Shown piece by piece: positions 24,842-35,867 of a stretch of 48,161 nt of DNA. Position numbers and translations under genes: made by a program. The DNA is taken from contig MU626406.1 of assembly GCA_025603075.1 (NCBI GenBank), positions 1 through 48,161 of the forward strand, read 5' to 3'. This DNA comes from Neoconidiobolus thromboides FSU 785. Taxonomy: Eukaryota; Fungi; Entomophthoromycota. The first letter of the stretch is position 1. Each line of letters starts with the position of its first letter. The notes under the pieces were generated by a model that had not been told where the DNA came from, made no database searches, and worked only from the letters and a program-made list of their open reading frames with translations.

Positions 24842-25141
24842 ATGAAATTATTCATTCCTTCTTTGTTATCTGTTATCTGTTATCATTGCATCTATCAGTT
24901 TAAATCAACTTATTTCTACGTCACTTCGTTCTAATAATACTAAATTAACTTCAGTATTTAATGCCAATAATAATCTAGATGTTATAAGTATGGATCAAAA
25001 TATATGTAAATCCACTAACCTTAATAGTGAATTAGAAAGAATGGGACTAATGCTCCAGTAACCGGAGAAAAACCAAAAGCAAGGCGTGCTAATGCTCCAG
25101 AAAAACCAAGGCTAGTAAACATTGAATCAGAAAGTCTTTAA
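24842..25141 (+). pseudogene. Frameshifted secreted repeat-peptide precursor, related to the gene at the window end
   Basis: Removing one copy of the 7-nt duplication GTTATCT (24865-24884) restores a signal peptide, MKLFIPSLLSVIIASISL. Downstream, after another frameshift, TNAPVTGEKPKARRANAPEKP shares DNA (CGTGCT.ATGCTCCA, CCAGAAAAACCAA) with 48117-48161. Confidence 0.55.
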
Positions 25142-26340
25142 AGTTATTGGGACTAATCTATAAAAAATCGTATTTATTATGATAAACCATCATATTCAGA
25201 AAATGGCTTTATTTTCTTTTACTGTATACTACACTGATTCAGATTAACTTAATATTTAAATAATAATTAAATGATGTCAATGTTTAAATTTAGTGGTGTA
25301 GATCTTTTCATTCATTTTGAGCTTTTAAAGTGTATATAATATTATGTTTTTTATTTTTAATTACTACTATAATATGAAACAACAAATATATACATAAAAT
25401 TTATTTAAGTATTTAGCACAACTAGAGCTCCAATAGCTTAACAAATATAAGCTCGTCATAGATGGGATTTAAGACCTGCTTTTTAAACTCTAATTATAAT
25501 AAGATAGCTGGAATAAATAGTATTTTTCAAGTTGCTTTTGTAAAAGTTACATAATTTGCCTTAATGAATTGTATTTATAAGTATTGCTAAAATATATTTG
25601 AATAACACATCATTATAAACGACTCAAATAGACGCATATTGTTAATAAATTTGATACTTTGATTAATTTTACTAACTGTAAAAAAACAGCCAATAAGTAT
25701 AGTTAAGTGGTATACAAAAAGTTTTAATTTTAGATTTTTATACTATATAATATTTGAGTTTATTTATTAAATATGGATTGAATCATAAAGGAAAGTAAAT
25801 AAAACTAATAAAAGTATATCCATTGAAAAAAGGAATTATTTACAACCTAAAAATAATATCAAACCTAGAAGGGGTTTCGAAAAACAACTATAAAAATAAA
25901 TATAACACTTAAGTTTATAAAAGTCTTTCTTAGCTAAAAACTAGCTATATTTCCTCTGTTCAATGTAGCCTACGGTTGACTCAAGCCAATTCAATACGCC
26001 AGCCTTTTGAGCTAGGAAAATAATGTTATTATTTTATGAATTGGGATCTAAGGAAAGTAGGCTAAGTGATATATTTTCATTATTTCGACTTATATATTGG
26101 ATTAGAGTATCTAATTCTTGAAAATTATGGGACCTAAAACTTAATATATTAATTGGTTGGAAATTGACCATTAATTTTTAACAAATTGAAATTTACTTAA
26201 TAAATTATTCAAGTAAGAGCTTTATTTACAAAATCCTTAATTTTAACCAATAAGTTTCAAGGTGCACAAATTGCTTTTGTGCAAATAAAATACTGTATTT
26301 TAATGCTCCAAATATTGACTTTATCCTTTATTAATTTGAA

Positions 26341-28392
26341 ATGTATATAAGAAATTTAACTAGTATAATAAGAAACCATAGTAAATTCAATAGAGATCTG
26401 TTGAAAATGTATAGTATCACCACATTGTTTAGAAAAAATCTCAACAATCCTTTAAAAGAAATAGACTTTGATGATACTTTTAAAAACCAATATGATATAG
26501 ATTTTCTAGATAATAATGATACCTTTCTCAAAAAGTGGATTGCTTTCAATAATTTAAAACACAATGAAAAGTTAAAGTTTACTATATTTACATACAATCA
26601 CTTACTCAGAGGATTAAGTTTTGATACTGGGAAATTTAAGACAGAGGCAGAAAAATTATTTAGGCATTTGGAGGCGGGTACGCTATATGGTGTAAAAGCT
26701 GATATTAATACATATAATTTAATGTTAATGTTTTATTCTCATAATAATGATTATAATAATGTAGAAAGTATATTTAACAAGATACTGAAGAATATGCATT
26801 TAAAGCCAAATATCATCACTTTTAATAGTTTATTGAAAGCATACTCAAAAAATGAAGGCAATCTAAATAAAATGGAAAAGATTTTATATAAAGTAATGCC
26901 CAAATATGATGTCGAGCCTAGCTGTATAACATACACTATTCTATTGTCAGGGTGTTGTCAAAATAGAAATTTAGAAAAAGGCTACAAATTTCGTAATCAT
27001 ATGGGAAAATTTAATATTATACCTGATACAAAGTTTTACAATTCATTGTTGAAATTGTATTCTATTTGCAATGTAGATTATGGGACTGTATTAAATCTGT
27101 ATGAGGACTTATTAAAAGGAAACGTCAAATTAGATCGTTTTAGTTATGGGCATTTATTAGAAACTCTAACTAAGCAAGGACAAAACGAAGTAGCTGTCAA
27201 GATATTTAATGAGATGCTAAAAAGTAAAATAGAACCAAATGTTTATATAATGGAGTTATTAAAATTGAGCCCATTGGAATTATTAGATAATATGAAAGAA
27301 GCAAATATGGAGCCATCACCTAAATTTTATAATACATTGCTAAATAATACAGTAAAGAGTGGAGATTATTTACTAAGTTTCAAGATAATTAATCATATGA
27401 GGGAAAATTTATTAGAGCCTACAGTACATTCATATAATATATTAATGGATACATACCTTTCGCTAAAAAAACCAGACAAATGCCTTGAGCTTTTTGATGA
27501 GATGAAAGAAAAAGGTATTAAAGGGGATTCATATATATATAGATCAATGATAGGCGCAGCAGGATTAAAAGAGGATATAGAGTTAGCGATTAAATATTTA
27601 GATGAGGCTAAACAGGAAAACATACCTCCAAACACATTTCTATACAATTCAGTTTTAAATATTTGTGCAAGGACAAGAAACAAAAGTAAATGTAAAGAAA
27701 TGTTTAATCGGATGGAAAGCGAGGGACTAAATGGGAACATTGATAGCTATAACTATTTATTACAAACACTTAATGGGCAAAATGATTTCTCACAGGGATG
27801 GAAACTGTATAAATTAATGTTAAGCAAAAAAGTAGTACCAAATAAAGTGACATATATATATTTAAATAAACTATGTTATGATAAAATGGACGTCGCAAAA
27901 TCCTTAGAGATCTATTATGCAATGCAAGCTAGTAAAGATTGTAAGCCAGATACTATAAGTTGCGATAAATTAATGAAAGTATTACATAATATGAATCAAT
28001 CGAATAAAGCATTTGAAATATTTATCAACTTTATTTCAAATAATGAAGTATTAATATTAAACAACCAAATTATTAATACATTTTTGGTGCTGTGTTTAGA
28101 CAATAATAACTATCGTACAGCAATAGCGACATTTGATAAATTAATTCATTTGATTAAAATCAACAAAATGGGAGATCTACATTTAAATCCCTCAGTCTAT
28201 TTAAATTATCTAGAGTTATTGCTTCGAAATGAGCAAAATGAAGCATTTTACAAAGCATTAAATGATAGTACTTTATATTTTAATGTTAAATTTGTAAAAA
28301 GTGAAATTGAGTCATTATCGAAATATATTGATGATAGTGATGTTCAATTTAATAATTATTTAAGTTCATTACCATCTAACTTGGATTTATAG
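26341..28392 (+). CDS. PPR protein with many tandem motifs, probably mitochondrial; 683 aa, intronless
   Basis: Repeated 35-aa units: DINTYNLMLMFY, PNIITFNSLLKAY, PSCITYTILLSGC, PTVHSYNILMDTY, PNTFLYNSVLNIC, PNKVTYIYL. Confidence 0.95.
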   Translation: MYIRNLTSIIRNHSKFNRDLLKMYSITTLFRKNLNNPLKEIDFDDTFKNQYDIDFLDNNDTFLKKWIAFNNLKHNEKLKFTIFTYNHLLRGLSFDTGKFKTEAEKLFRHLEAGTLYGVKADINTYNLMLMFYSHNNDYNNVESIFNKILKNMHLKPNIITFNSLLKAYSKNEGNLNKMEKILYKVMPKYDVEPSCITYTILLSGCCQNRNLEKGYKFRNHMGKFNIIPDTKFYNSLLKLYSICNVDYGTVLNLYEDLLKGNVKLDRFSYGHLLETLTKQGQNEVAVKIFNEMLKSKIEPNVYIMELLKLSPLELLDNMKEANMEPSPKFYNTLLNNTVKSGDYLLSFKIINHMRENLLEPTVHSYNILMDTYLSLKKPDKCLELFDEMKEKGIKGDSYIYRSMIGAAGLKEDIELAIKYLDEAKQENIPPNTFLYNSVLNICARTRNKSKCKEMFNRMESEGLNGNIDSYNYLLQTLNGQNDFSQGWKLYKLMLSKKVVPNKVTYIYLNKLCYDKMDVAKSLEIYYAMQASKDCKPDTISCDKLMKVLHNMNQSNKAFEIFINFISNNEVLILNNQIINTFLVLCLDNNNYRTAIATFDKLIHLIKINKMGDLHLNPSVYLNYLELLLRNEQNEAFYKALNDSTLYFNVKFVKSEIESLSKYIDDSDVQFNNYLSSLPSNLDL

Positions 28393-29068
28393 AGCACTAT
28401 ATTTAATAGATAGAATAAATATTTTTTCAGTTTCTTTATAATTTTGTATGATTATTATTTATCATTTTTTAAAAACGTTTAAAATTCTTTATAAAGATCA
28501 AAAATCCAACTTAATCGTAAACTCATTATAAGGTTATTATATAAATAATATAATTATAAAAATGTTATCTGAAATTTTATAACATGACTATTAAATATAC
28601 GAATATAAAATAATTATAAGCTTTATAACGTAATAAGTAATAATATGTTATATTATTGAAGAATAGCTTAATATTATTTTATAGTTTAATAAATTTTAGT
28701 ACGATTTTTATTAAACTGTATTATTCACAACATTAATTAAATTCGTTATCTTTAAAAAGAAATATGGTTTTTGCCACCTTATAAATATAATAATTTAATG
28801 ATTTTAATCATATATCAAATACTACAATTGTATATTATTTGACATTTATTTTATGCATAAACATAATTTACTAGAGAAAAGCAAATATTACGGAAATTCC
28901 ACCAATAAAACCGGTTGGTTAATGAAAAAATTTCCAAGATGTGGTAAAAAATTTTAGGCAAGGGTCAAGCTGCAAATGAAGTGATTTGCTGATAGTGTAA
29001 TTTCCCAACATCGAAATAATCCTCCTTTTTTATCTTTAATAACTTTCTCTTAAAGATATCTATTAATA

Positions 29069-29829
29069 ATGCCTCCAAAGGTCGACCCAAACGAAGTTAA
29101 AATTAGTATGTGATTCGATATATATTAAACTACAACAAATTCATGATAAGATAAAACTATTAAATAACAGTGTTTAAAAAAATATTAGTAAACAATAAAA
29201 ATTAATATAATGTATTGTTTATTACAATGAATGAAAAATAAGCATTTTGAGCAAATAACTTACATTTTTTAATAGTCTATCTCCGTGCTACCGGTGGTGA
29301 AGTAGGTGCTTCATCTGCTCTTGCACCAAAGATTGGTCCCCTTGGTCTTTCCCCAAAGAAAGTAGGTGAAGATATCGCCAAGGCTACCCAGGAATGGAAA
29401 GGTCTTCGTATCACTGTTCAGCTCACTATTCAAAATCGTCAAGCTGCTGTTTCAGTCGTTCCATCTGCTTCTTCTTTAGTTATTAAAGCTCTCAACGAAC
29501 CATACAGAGACCGTAAGAAGGAAAAGAACAGTAAGTTTATTCATCCTTAGTTTATCCTTACTAATTTTATTTAGTTAAACATACTGGTAACATTACTCTT
29601 GAACAAGTTGTTGAAATTGCTCGTGTTATGCGTTACAAATCATTAGCTAAAGAACTCAAAGGTACTGTCAAAGAAATCCTTGGTACTGCCTTCTCTGTCG
29701 GATGTACCGTCGATGGTGAAAATCCAAAGGATCTCGGCGACCGTATTGACGCCGGAGAAGTTGATGTTCCAGTAAGTTGTTTTTTTTATTGATTTCCAAA
29801 AAAACTAATCATATTTTTAGGAGGAATAA
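29069..29829 (+). CDS. RPL12: 60S ribosomal protein uL11; 4 exons
   Basis: [12 protein letters not shown]|[53 protein letters not shown]. Confidence 0.98.
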
Positions 29830-30723
29830 ATTATAAATAAAGCTAACCTTTAAAAGTTACGCGGCTCTAATTTTTCATATTAATTTAATGAAATTTTGTA
29901 ACTAATACTAATATATTTATTTCACTATTTTTTTTAAAGAACTTTTAGTATCATATTCTATTTGATTTAATTATAGGTTTTATGTTGTCGGGTAATCTAA
30001 TGAAATTAAGTCTTAAATTAAAGTTTTGTTTTGAATGTAATTTTTATTCTGCTTTTTTCATACAAGTGTTCTTAAATTTATAAATAATTTTGTTTTATTA
30101 AATATATATGTTAAGTAAGGTTACTTACTATGTTTTAAAGCTAGAGTGAATCAGTAATTTCAAATACATACAATCATAAAACGCAAATAATCTATCAGAT
30201 ACATGACTTTGAAAGCAATACCTACAAAACCAATTTAACAATATTCATTTTTAAAATATCCTCAAGCCATTTAATATCTCAAATAAAAGATAACAAAGCT
30301 ATAAACTCATAATTTTGTGTTAATAATTTTTGCAAAATTAAAATAGAAGATTAATTGAACATAAATTCCTGTAGCTGGACCAGATACTTTAGGGTTATTA
30401 AAAATCATCTTGCAAATAGAATAGAGTCCTTTGACATACTGATTACTATAAAATGGACCTTTGAAAAATTGGAATTAATTTAGCTAGAATATCAAGTATT
30501 TATAAATCCCAATTTTTTTATTTTTAAAGCAGAATATTTTTAGAATTAGTGTACCTTCAAAAATTACTTTCAAAATTGGCAACTTTGCTATTTATAACTA
30601 TTTGCTCATATCACTTTGTAGGATGTTTAATATTTTAGATTTCAATCTGTTTAAAGGTGGATAAATATTAAAACAAAGGTACTTTTATATGCCTATATGT
30701 AAATTTATGAATTGTACTTTATT

Positions 30724-31761
30724 TCAAAATTCATTAATTTCACAAGTAAAGATGATATGATGTTCGGATTCCAATTTGATAGTTACTGTTATATCATCAA
30801 TTAAATTTGATGTGCTAACCAAACCGCCAAAATAACTAGATTCACCATCTATTTTATTATAAATAATTTAAATTAAATTAATGTGACATAAATCATAGCT
30901 TATAATAAAGTACCTAAATTCCATTTTAAACCTGTAGTATATAATTTTTCTACTTTACCACCTATAGGAAGTAAACCACATGTTGGCCCAATAAATTTAT
31001 CATCAATAAATATTGTATGGTTTTGATCTTTATTTAACAAAAAAGTTAAGGTTTCTGGAGAATACAATAGCACTGTTATATCTCGTGGAAATTTATATAA
31101 ACTTTGAATTGACGCTAAACTATGATCAAATCTGCCTCCTATTCCCCCATGAATTATTATATTAAGTGGCTTTTCTTTTTTTAGTCATATTTGATTCAAT
31201 GGAATTATGTTACCTCGTTTAAGTTTAAACTGACTTGTTTGCTTTTAATCAAGTTATAGCACTTAGTCAAATCCGTAGAATACTGGTCTTCATCCTGAAT
31301 AACATTAACATCCTTTTTTTGGCTTTAAAAATCATAACATATTTATATTAAAATAAATTACCAAGTTTTCATAATATTCCTTAGTTTTAGGTAATAAGGA
31401 ATCTAAATCTCCATGGATGTAATCTGGCAAAAAACTAATCATATATTGTAATGAAATATAAATGTTCATCAACTAAAATTACTTCATTCTCTTTTCATTA
31501 TTACTTGCGAATCCATCATATAACCTATTTGCCCCTCCATCTGCACATACCCTTATTCTTGCTTTACAAAAATTATTATTTTTGTTTATGTTTGTATTTT
31601 ATTGATTTACCATTATTCCATAAATTAATAAATATTTCTGAACTTGGGTTTACAGGTTGGTTTAAAATAATTAGAGCAAACGGACAACTAGCTTCATTAG
31701 GTACTAATAATTTTTTTAAATTCCATTCTTTTAAATTATCATTACTAGTTGTAGTCGACAT
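30724..31761 (-). CDS. THI80: Thiamine pyrophosphokinase; multi-exon
   Basis: ALIILNQP, ICADGGANRLYD, PDYIHGDLDS, DQYSTDLTK, GGRFDHSLA, FGGLVSTSN. Confidence 0.92.
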
Positions 31762-32030
31762 TATAAAAGCAATCACTCCAAATATTTGACTTTTTCTTTT
31801 TATAATTTTTTATTGGTGACGTTTGGATTTTATTTGCAACTTGTAAATTGTTCATAAAAATAAGTTATGTTCTTAAATATACTAAAAGTTAAATAAAAGT
31901 TTAGGCATATAATTAAATATTTAAAATAGTATAAAACAGTGTTATTTCAAATTGTTTTAATTATTTCAAATTAATTCCAAATTAAGCTACATTTAGAACA
32001 AATTGAAATAGTTATAAATTAAAAATTAAA

Positions 32031-33238
32031 TTATTCCCTTCTAAGTACTGTATCAGACCTTGAAAGGGGTTCGAATTTAGAAGCTTGAGAAGCACCTTCC
32101 TCTTCATCAGATTCCTCTTCTGCAAATACTAAATTAGGATTCAAATTTATGTTCAAGCTGATCTTCTCCTCTACTTTTTTTGGTTTATCCTCTTTATCTA
32201 GATCAGGTATATTAATTAATGGTGGAGGTATTAACGAATACTGCTCAGATAATTTGAGAAATCGTCTATAAAGGCGATGTTGATTCTAAAAACAGGTTAA
32301 AAAACATGTTTAAAACGAAAGAATGCTTACTTCAAATATTTCAAACACCTCTTTATGATGAAAATAAGCATGGGCAAATATTCTATATAATCTTCGGGAG
32401 ATGGATAAGAAATGTTTAATCGAACCATTTGGAATGGTAATTCTATTTAATCCTTTATTAAAATTTTAAATATTCTTTGATTGTTTTACCTTGATGGAAA
32501 ATATTTTGGATTATTCAATAAAGAAATAGCACCATCTAAAGTATGAACAATATAATCGATAGCACAACACTAGATTATTAGACAAGAAAGATATTAGGTA
32601 GAAAATAATTACCCCTTGTGGACTTGGATGGCAAGCACACAAGAAAAAAAACTCGCTTGCTTTCATTTCAGGGCATGTTTTTGAGTTGCACTCATTTTGC
32701 AATTGCACTACCATATAACTTAATTCTAGGCAAACTTGTCTACAATGTAAAAACATTATTTTATAAAAAAATAAAAAATAAAAAAACCTTAAATGTTCAT
32801 ATAGCCAAATATCCGGAGATTGAGAATCAGGTATATTTAATAAAATTTCAATATTCAATGGGTCTCTTCTTATCAAATCTTGTAAATATTCTTGTAATGA
32901 GCAGGGTGATTCTAGTGTTTCAAAATCTATTTTTGACCAATTGTATGAATCCTAAATAATTGAGTTAGTTTGTTTACATGAAGTTTATTATAAAAGCAGA
33001 TTTAAATTACTTCTAATTTGTCACCTATCATTATTCTTCTAAAATTAAGTTGATCATTTTGATTATTAGTTTTTCCTTCATTATTTTTTTCTGATTTATC
33101 TTCTATTTCATTCTTTTTACTTTTTACTTCTTCGCTTTTTAAACTTATCTTTGATTTTGATTTAGACACCTTTTTATTATTGTTTTCTTTGTTACTTGCC
33201 CCCTCCTTCTTTAAATCTTCTTTGCTTTTATGCGCCAT
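32031..33238 (-). CDS. MOB4: MOB4/phocein (fungal Mob3), STRIPAK subunit; multi-exon
   Basis: WLYEHLRQVCLEL..LQNECNSKTCPEMKA..FLCACH..CCAIDY..HTLDGA..RRLYRIFAHAYFHH matches phocein. Confidence 0.92.
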
Positions 33239-34148
33239 ATTAAATTAACTAACTTTTATTAACTAAAAAAATAATTCATATGTTAATTTCCGTTAAAGTT
33301 AGTATCCTATATGACTGATTTTCATTGGTTTATTTCAAATATTAATTTGTCCCTATGCTTTTATATAATTTATTTAAAATATTGGTAATATTAAACATTT
33401 TAAATAAATTCAACTGTTTCAAATAAATTTACTTTAGCTTTTGTAAAGCTATCGAATAACATATTAGCCTAGTTAAAAAAGAATACTGTATGATATTTAA
33501 ATAATTTTAAATGAGGACCAATGACAAGAAAACAAAATAACACGAATACATTTAAAAAAACAAGTTTTATTTAATCAGACTAAAAGACTAAATTTTATAT
33601 CAAAAGAAAGGCTAAAAAGACAGAAATAAAATTCTAGTAACAAAGATTAAATAAGGGTTTATTTACAATGCTATTAGCTATCGCTTTTGATATAACTTAG
33701 ATATCAGTGGTATAGATTCAGTACAGTGCTGTAAATAATAACAATGCTATGAATAAAATTTCACTATTCCCCCAACCACTTTTAATAAACTAATACAGGT
33801 ACTTCAACTTTGATCCTTTTTATTTATATACATTACCTATAATATCCACAATTTTATAAGCGCATCGTTTGACTCTAATATAACTTGATTATTTATTTTA
33901 ATAACTATTATCTAACAGTGCAATGTGTACATATTTCTGTAATGTATAAACTTAATATTATCATTAGATTTGAGTATGACGTCCTTGTTTGATTCTAAAA
34001 AGTTTGATGTTATAAAAAATTAATAATGCAAGTCATTATAGCTTAAAATTATATTAAAAAATTGGCTCTTTTAATAATTTTTTTTGATGCCCTTTTATTA
34101 TAATCCGAAGCGATATAAATCAGGTTGCAAATTGTTTAAAAAATTAAT

Positions 34149-34601
34149 TTATGGTCCGGCAGTTGGAGCTGGGTTCATCTAAAAATAGCTTTAAGTAAAT
34201 CTAAGCACTGAATTAAAATGAAATTACTCTTCTCTTAGCACCAGCATTGCTAACGTTAACAAAACGGCGGAGATAGATAGCTCTTTTTTTAGCACGGCCT
34301 AATTATATATAAATGAAATGTAATTTATACCTTAACATTTTAATTACCAGTTAATTTCTTTGGCTTTTCTTGCTTTTCAACTTTTGGACATTGTGACTTT
34401 ACTTTACCGGCACGAGCGAGAGAACCGTGTACTTTACCCTTTGATAGAACTGATTTAGTTTTTTGTTTCAAGTCATTTTTTTTCAATTGAGCGGGATCAG
34501 GTTGATTTAGTATCCTTTTTTATTTTTTCGTTTTATTTTAATCTCAATTTATATCTCTCTATGGATATTATAATGGATGTTTTATATTTAATAGTTACCA
34601 T
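34149..34601 (-). CDS. RPS30: 40S ribosomal protein eS30; 4 exons, the first coding exon is ATG only
   Basis: M|[31 protein letters not shown]|[15 protein letters not shown]..|MNPAPTAGP*; missed by the ORF track. Confidence 0.96.
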
Positions 34602-35101
34602 GTTGTTTTATACTTTCAACTGTGAGAGTTAATGAGAGGAGGCTATCTTCAATACTTCACTTTACTTGTTATTCAAAATACTACTATATTTGAGGCACAT
34701 TTGGCTTAGTTTTGAAGATTTGGGTTATTTTATTGGATGAGTTCTTATTTCGAACCAATTATTACAATTTGATTTTTTATGTCCCTAATTTTAAATCATG
34801 AACATATAATAGATACTATGTTTATGTATTATAATATAGGCATCGTTCAATGTACAGTATATATACACATATACATAGATTTTATATAGCATCTTTATAT
34901 TGATATTTTGATAATTAAGAATATTTATGGATTCACAAGTTTAAATTCTTTGTTGGTAAGTCGTAATAATGTCTTAAGTTATGACAGTTTTTATTAATTT
35001 ATAACCTTTTAGAACTAAATATTCTAAGTTTAATATCAAAAAATGTACTATTAATTTAATATAAGCAAAAAAACAAATACAGGTTTATTAAATAATAGTA
35101 A

Positions 35102-35620
35102 TTAAATATCATAATCTGGATTTTGAGTATCAAAGCAAATTGGACTTTCAGATCTTTTTTCAGATTTATCTTTCAATACCTCTTCTTCGTAATTTGGTAT
35201 TGTTACATATATATTGTGTTTCTCTATTATAAAACATGAGTAACTTATAATATTTATAATAATAAAAAATGAATTACTGCATGTATTAACAGCATGCCTT
35301 TTGTTTGTCAAATTAGTTATTTCATAAATAAAATCGACAAAAGTTTCTAAATAATAGGGTTATCATTTGCTTTTAACTTGATAAAAAAACTTACCAGAAT
35401 CGTAGTATTCTTGTATCTTTAACTTCTTATATGATACTTCATTTGGCCCCTCAAAAAATACATTGCTATGCCTTATTGTGCTATTATCGATTGAGACTAA
35501 TGGTGGTTTATCTTTGTATTTTAATTTCCTTTTATTATTTTTGTTGATCTTTTTATCTTTACTAATGGGCTTCTCACTATTATCTATTCTGTCTTTATTC
35601 TCTTTCACTTTGCTATTCAT
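35102..35620 (-). CDS. Hypothetical lysine-rich protein, probably spliced; 3' end uncertain
   Basis: 85-aa ORF with a GTAAGT donor after EYYDS and an acceptor leading to ETFVDFIYEITNL; no family recognised. Confidence 0.4.
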
Positions 35621-35753
35621 TTAAGTTATTACTATAATCTAATCTCTGAACACTTTATCATCAAATCTACTACAAATAATAAATGTTTTAGTGAGAAAGA
35701 AGCCAATAATAATTTGTAAGAATTAATTTAAAAAAATAGCAAACAAATGAAGT

Positions 35754-35860
35754 ATATGGGGATGTATTTTTTCATTTAAGAATTTTGCTAGGAATCTTTC
35801 CGCTCAAATAGCGTTTAAAAAATAGAGAAAGTAATGAAATCAAAAAAAACATTCCTATAT
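35754..35860 (+). mobile_element. MITE copy 10, 7 bp beyond the F-box gene stop codon
   Basis: ATAT|GGGGATGTATTTTTT...AAAAAAAACATTCCT|ATAT. Confidence 0.92.
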
Positions 35861-35867
35861 TATATTT

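Noticed and set aside
29106-29274. Longer first intron of RPL12 as a snoRNA host
   Set aside because: No convincing C/D (RTGATGA..CTGA) or H/ACA arrangement
30330-30660. Coding-like fragments downstream of thiamine pyrophosphokinase
   Set aside because: Short stop-interrupted frames with no recognisable homology
34510-34519. GTATCCTTTT, a U12-type 5' splice-site consensus
   Set aside because: It is on the strand opposite to the RPS30 intron that contains it
34439-34601. ATG-only first exon and no ubiquitin-like fusion in RPS30
   Set aside because: This is the normal fungal arrangement
371-35860. Dispersed ~100-bp repeats as a CRISPR array or tRNA-derived SINE
   Set aside because: Not tandem with spacers, no pol III A/B boxes or poly-A tail, and they have terminal inverted repeats
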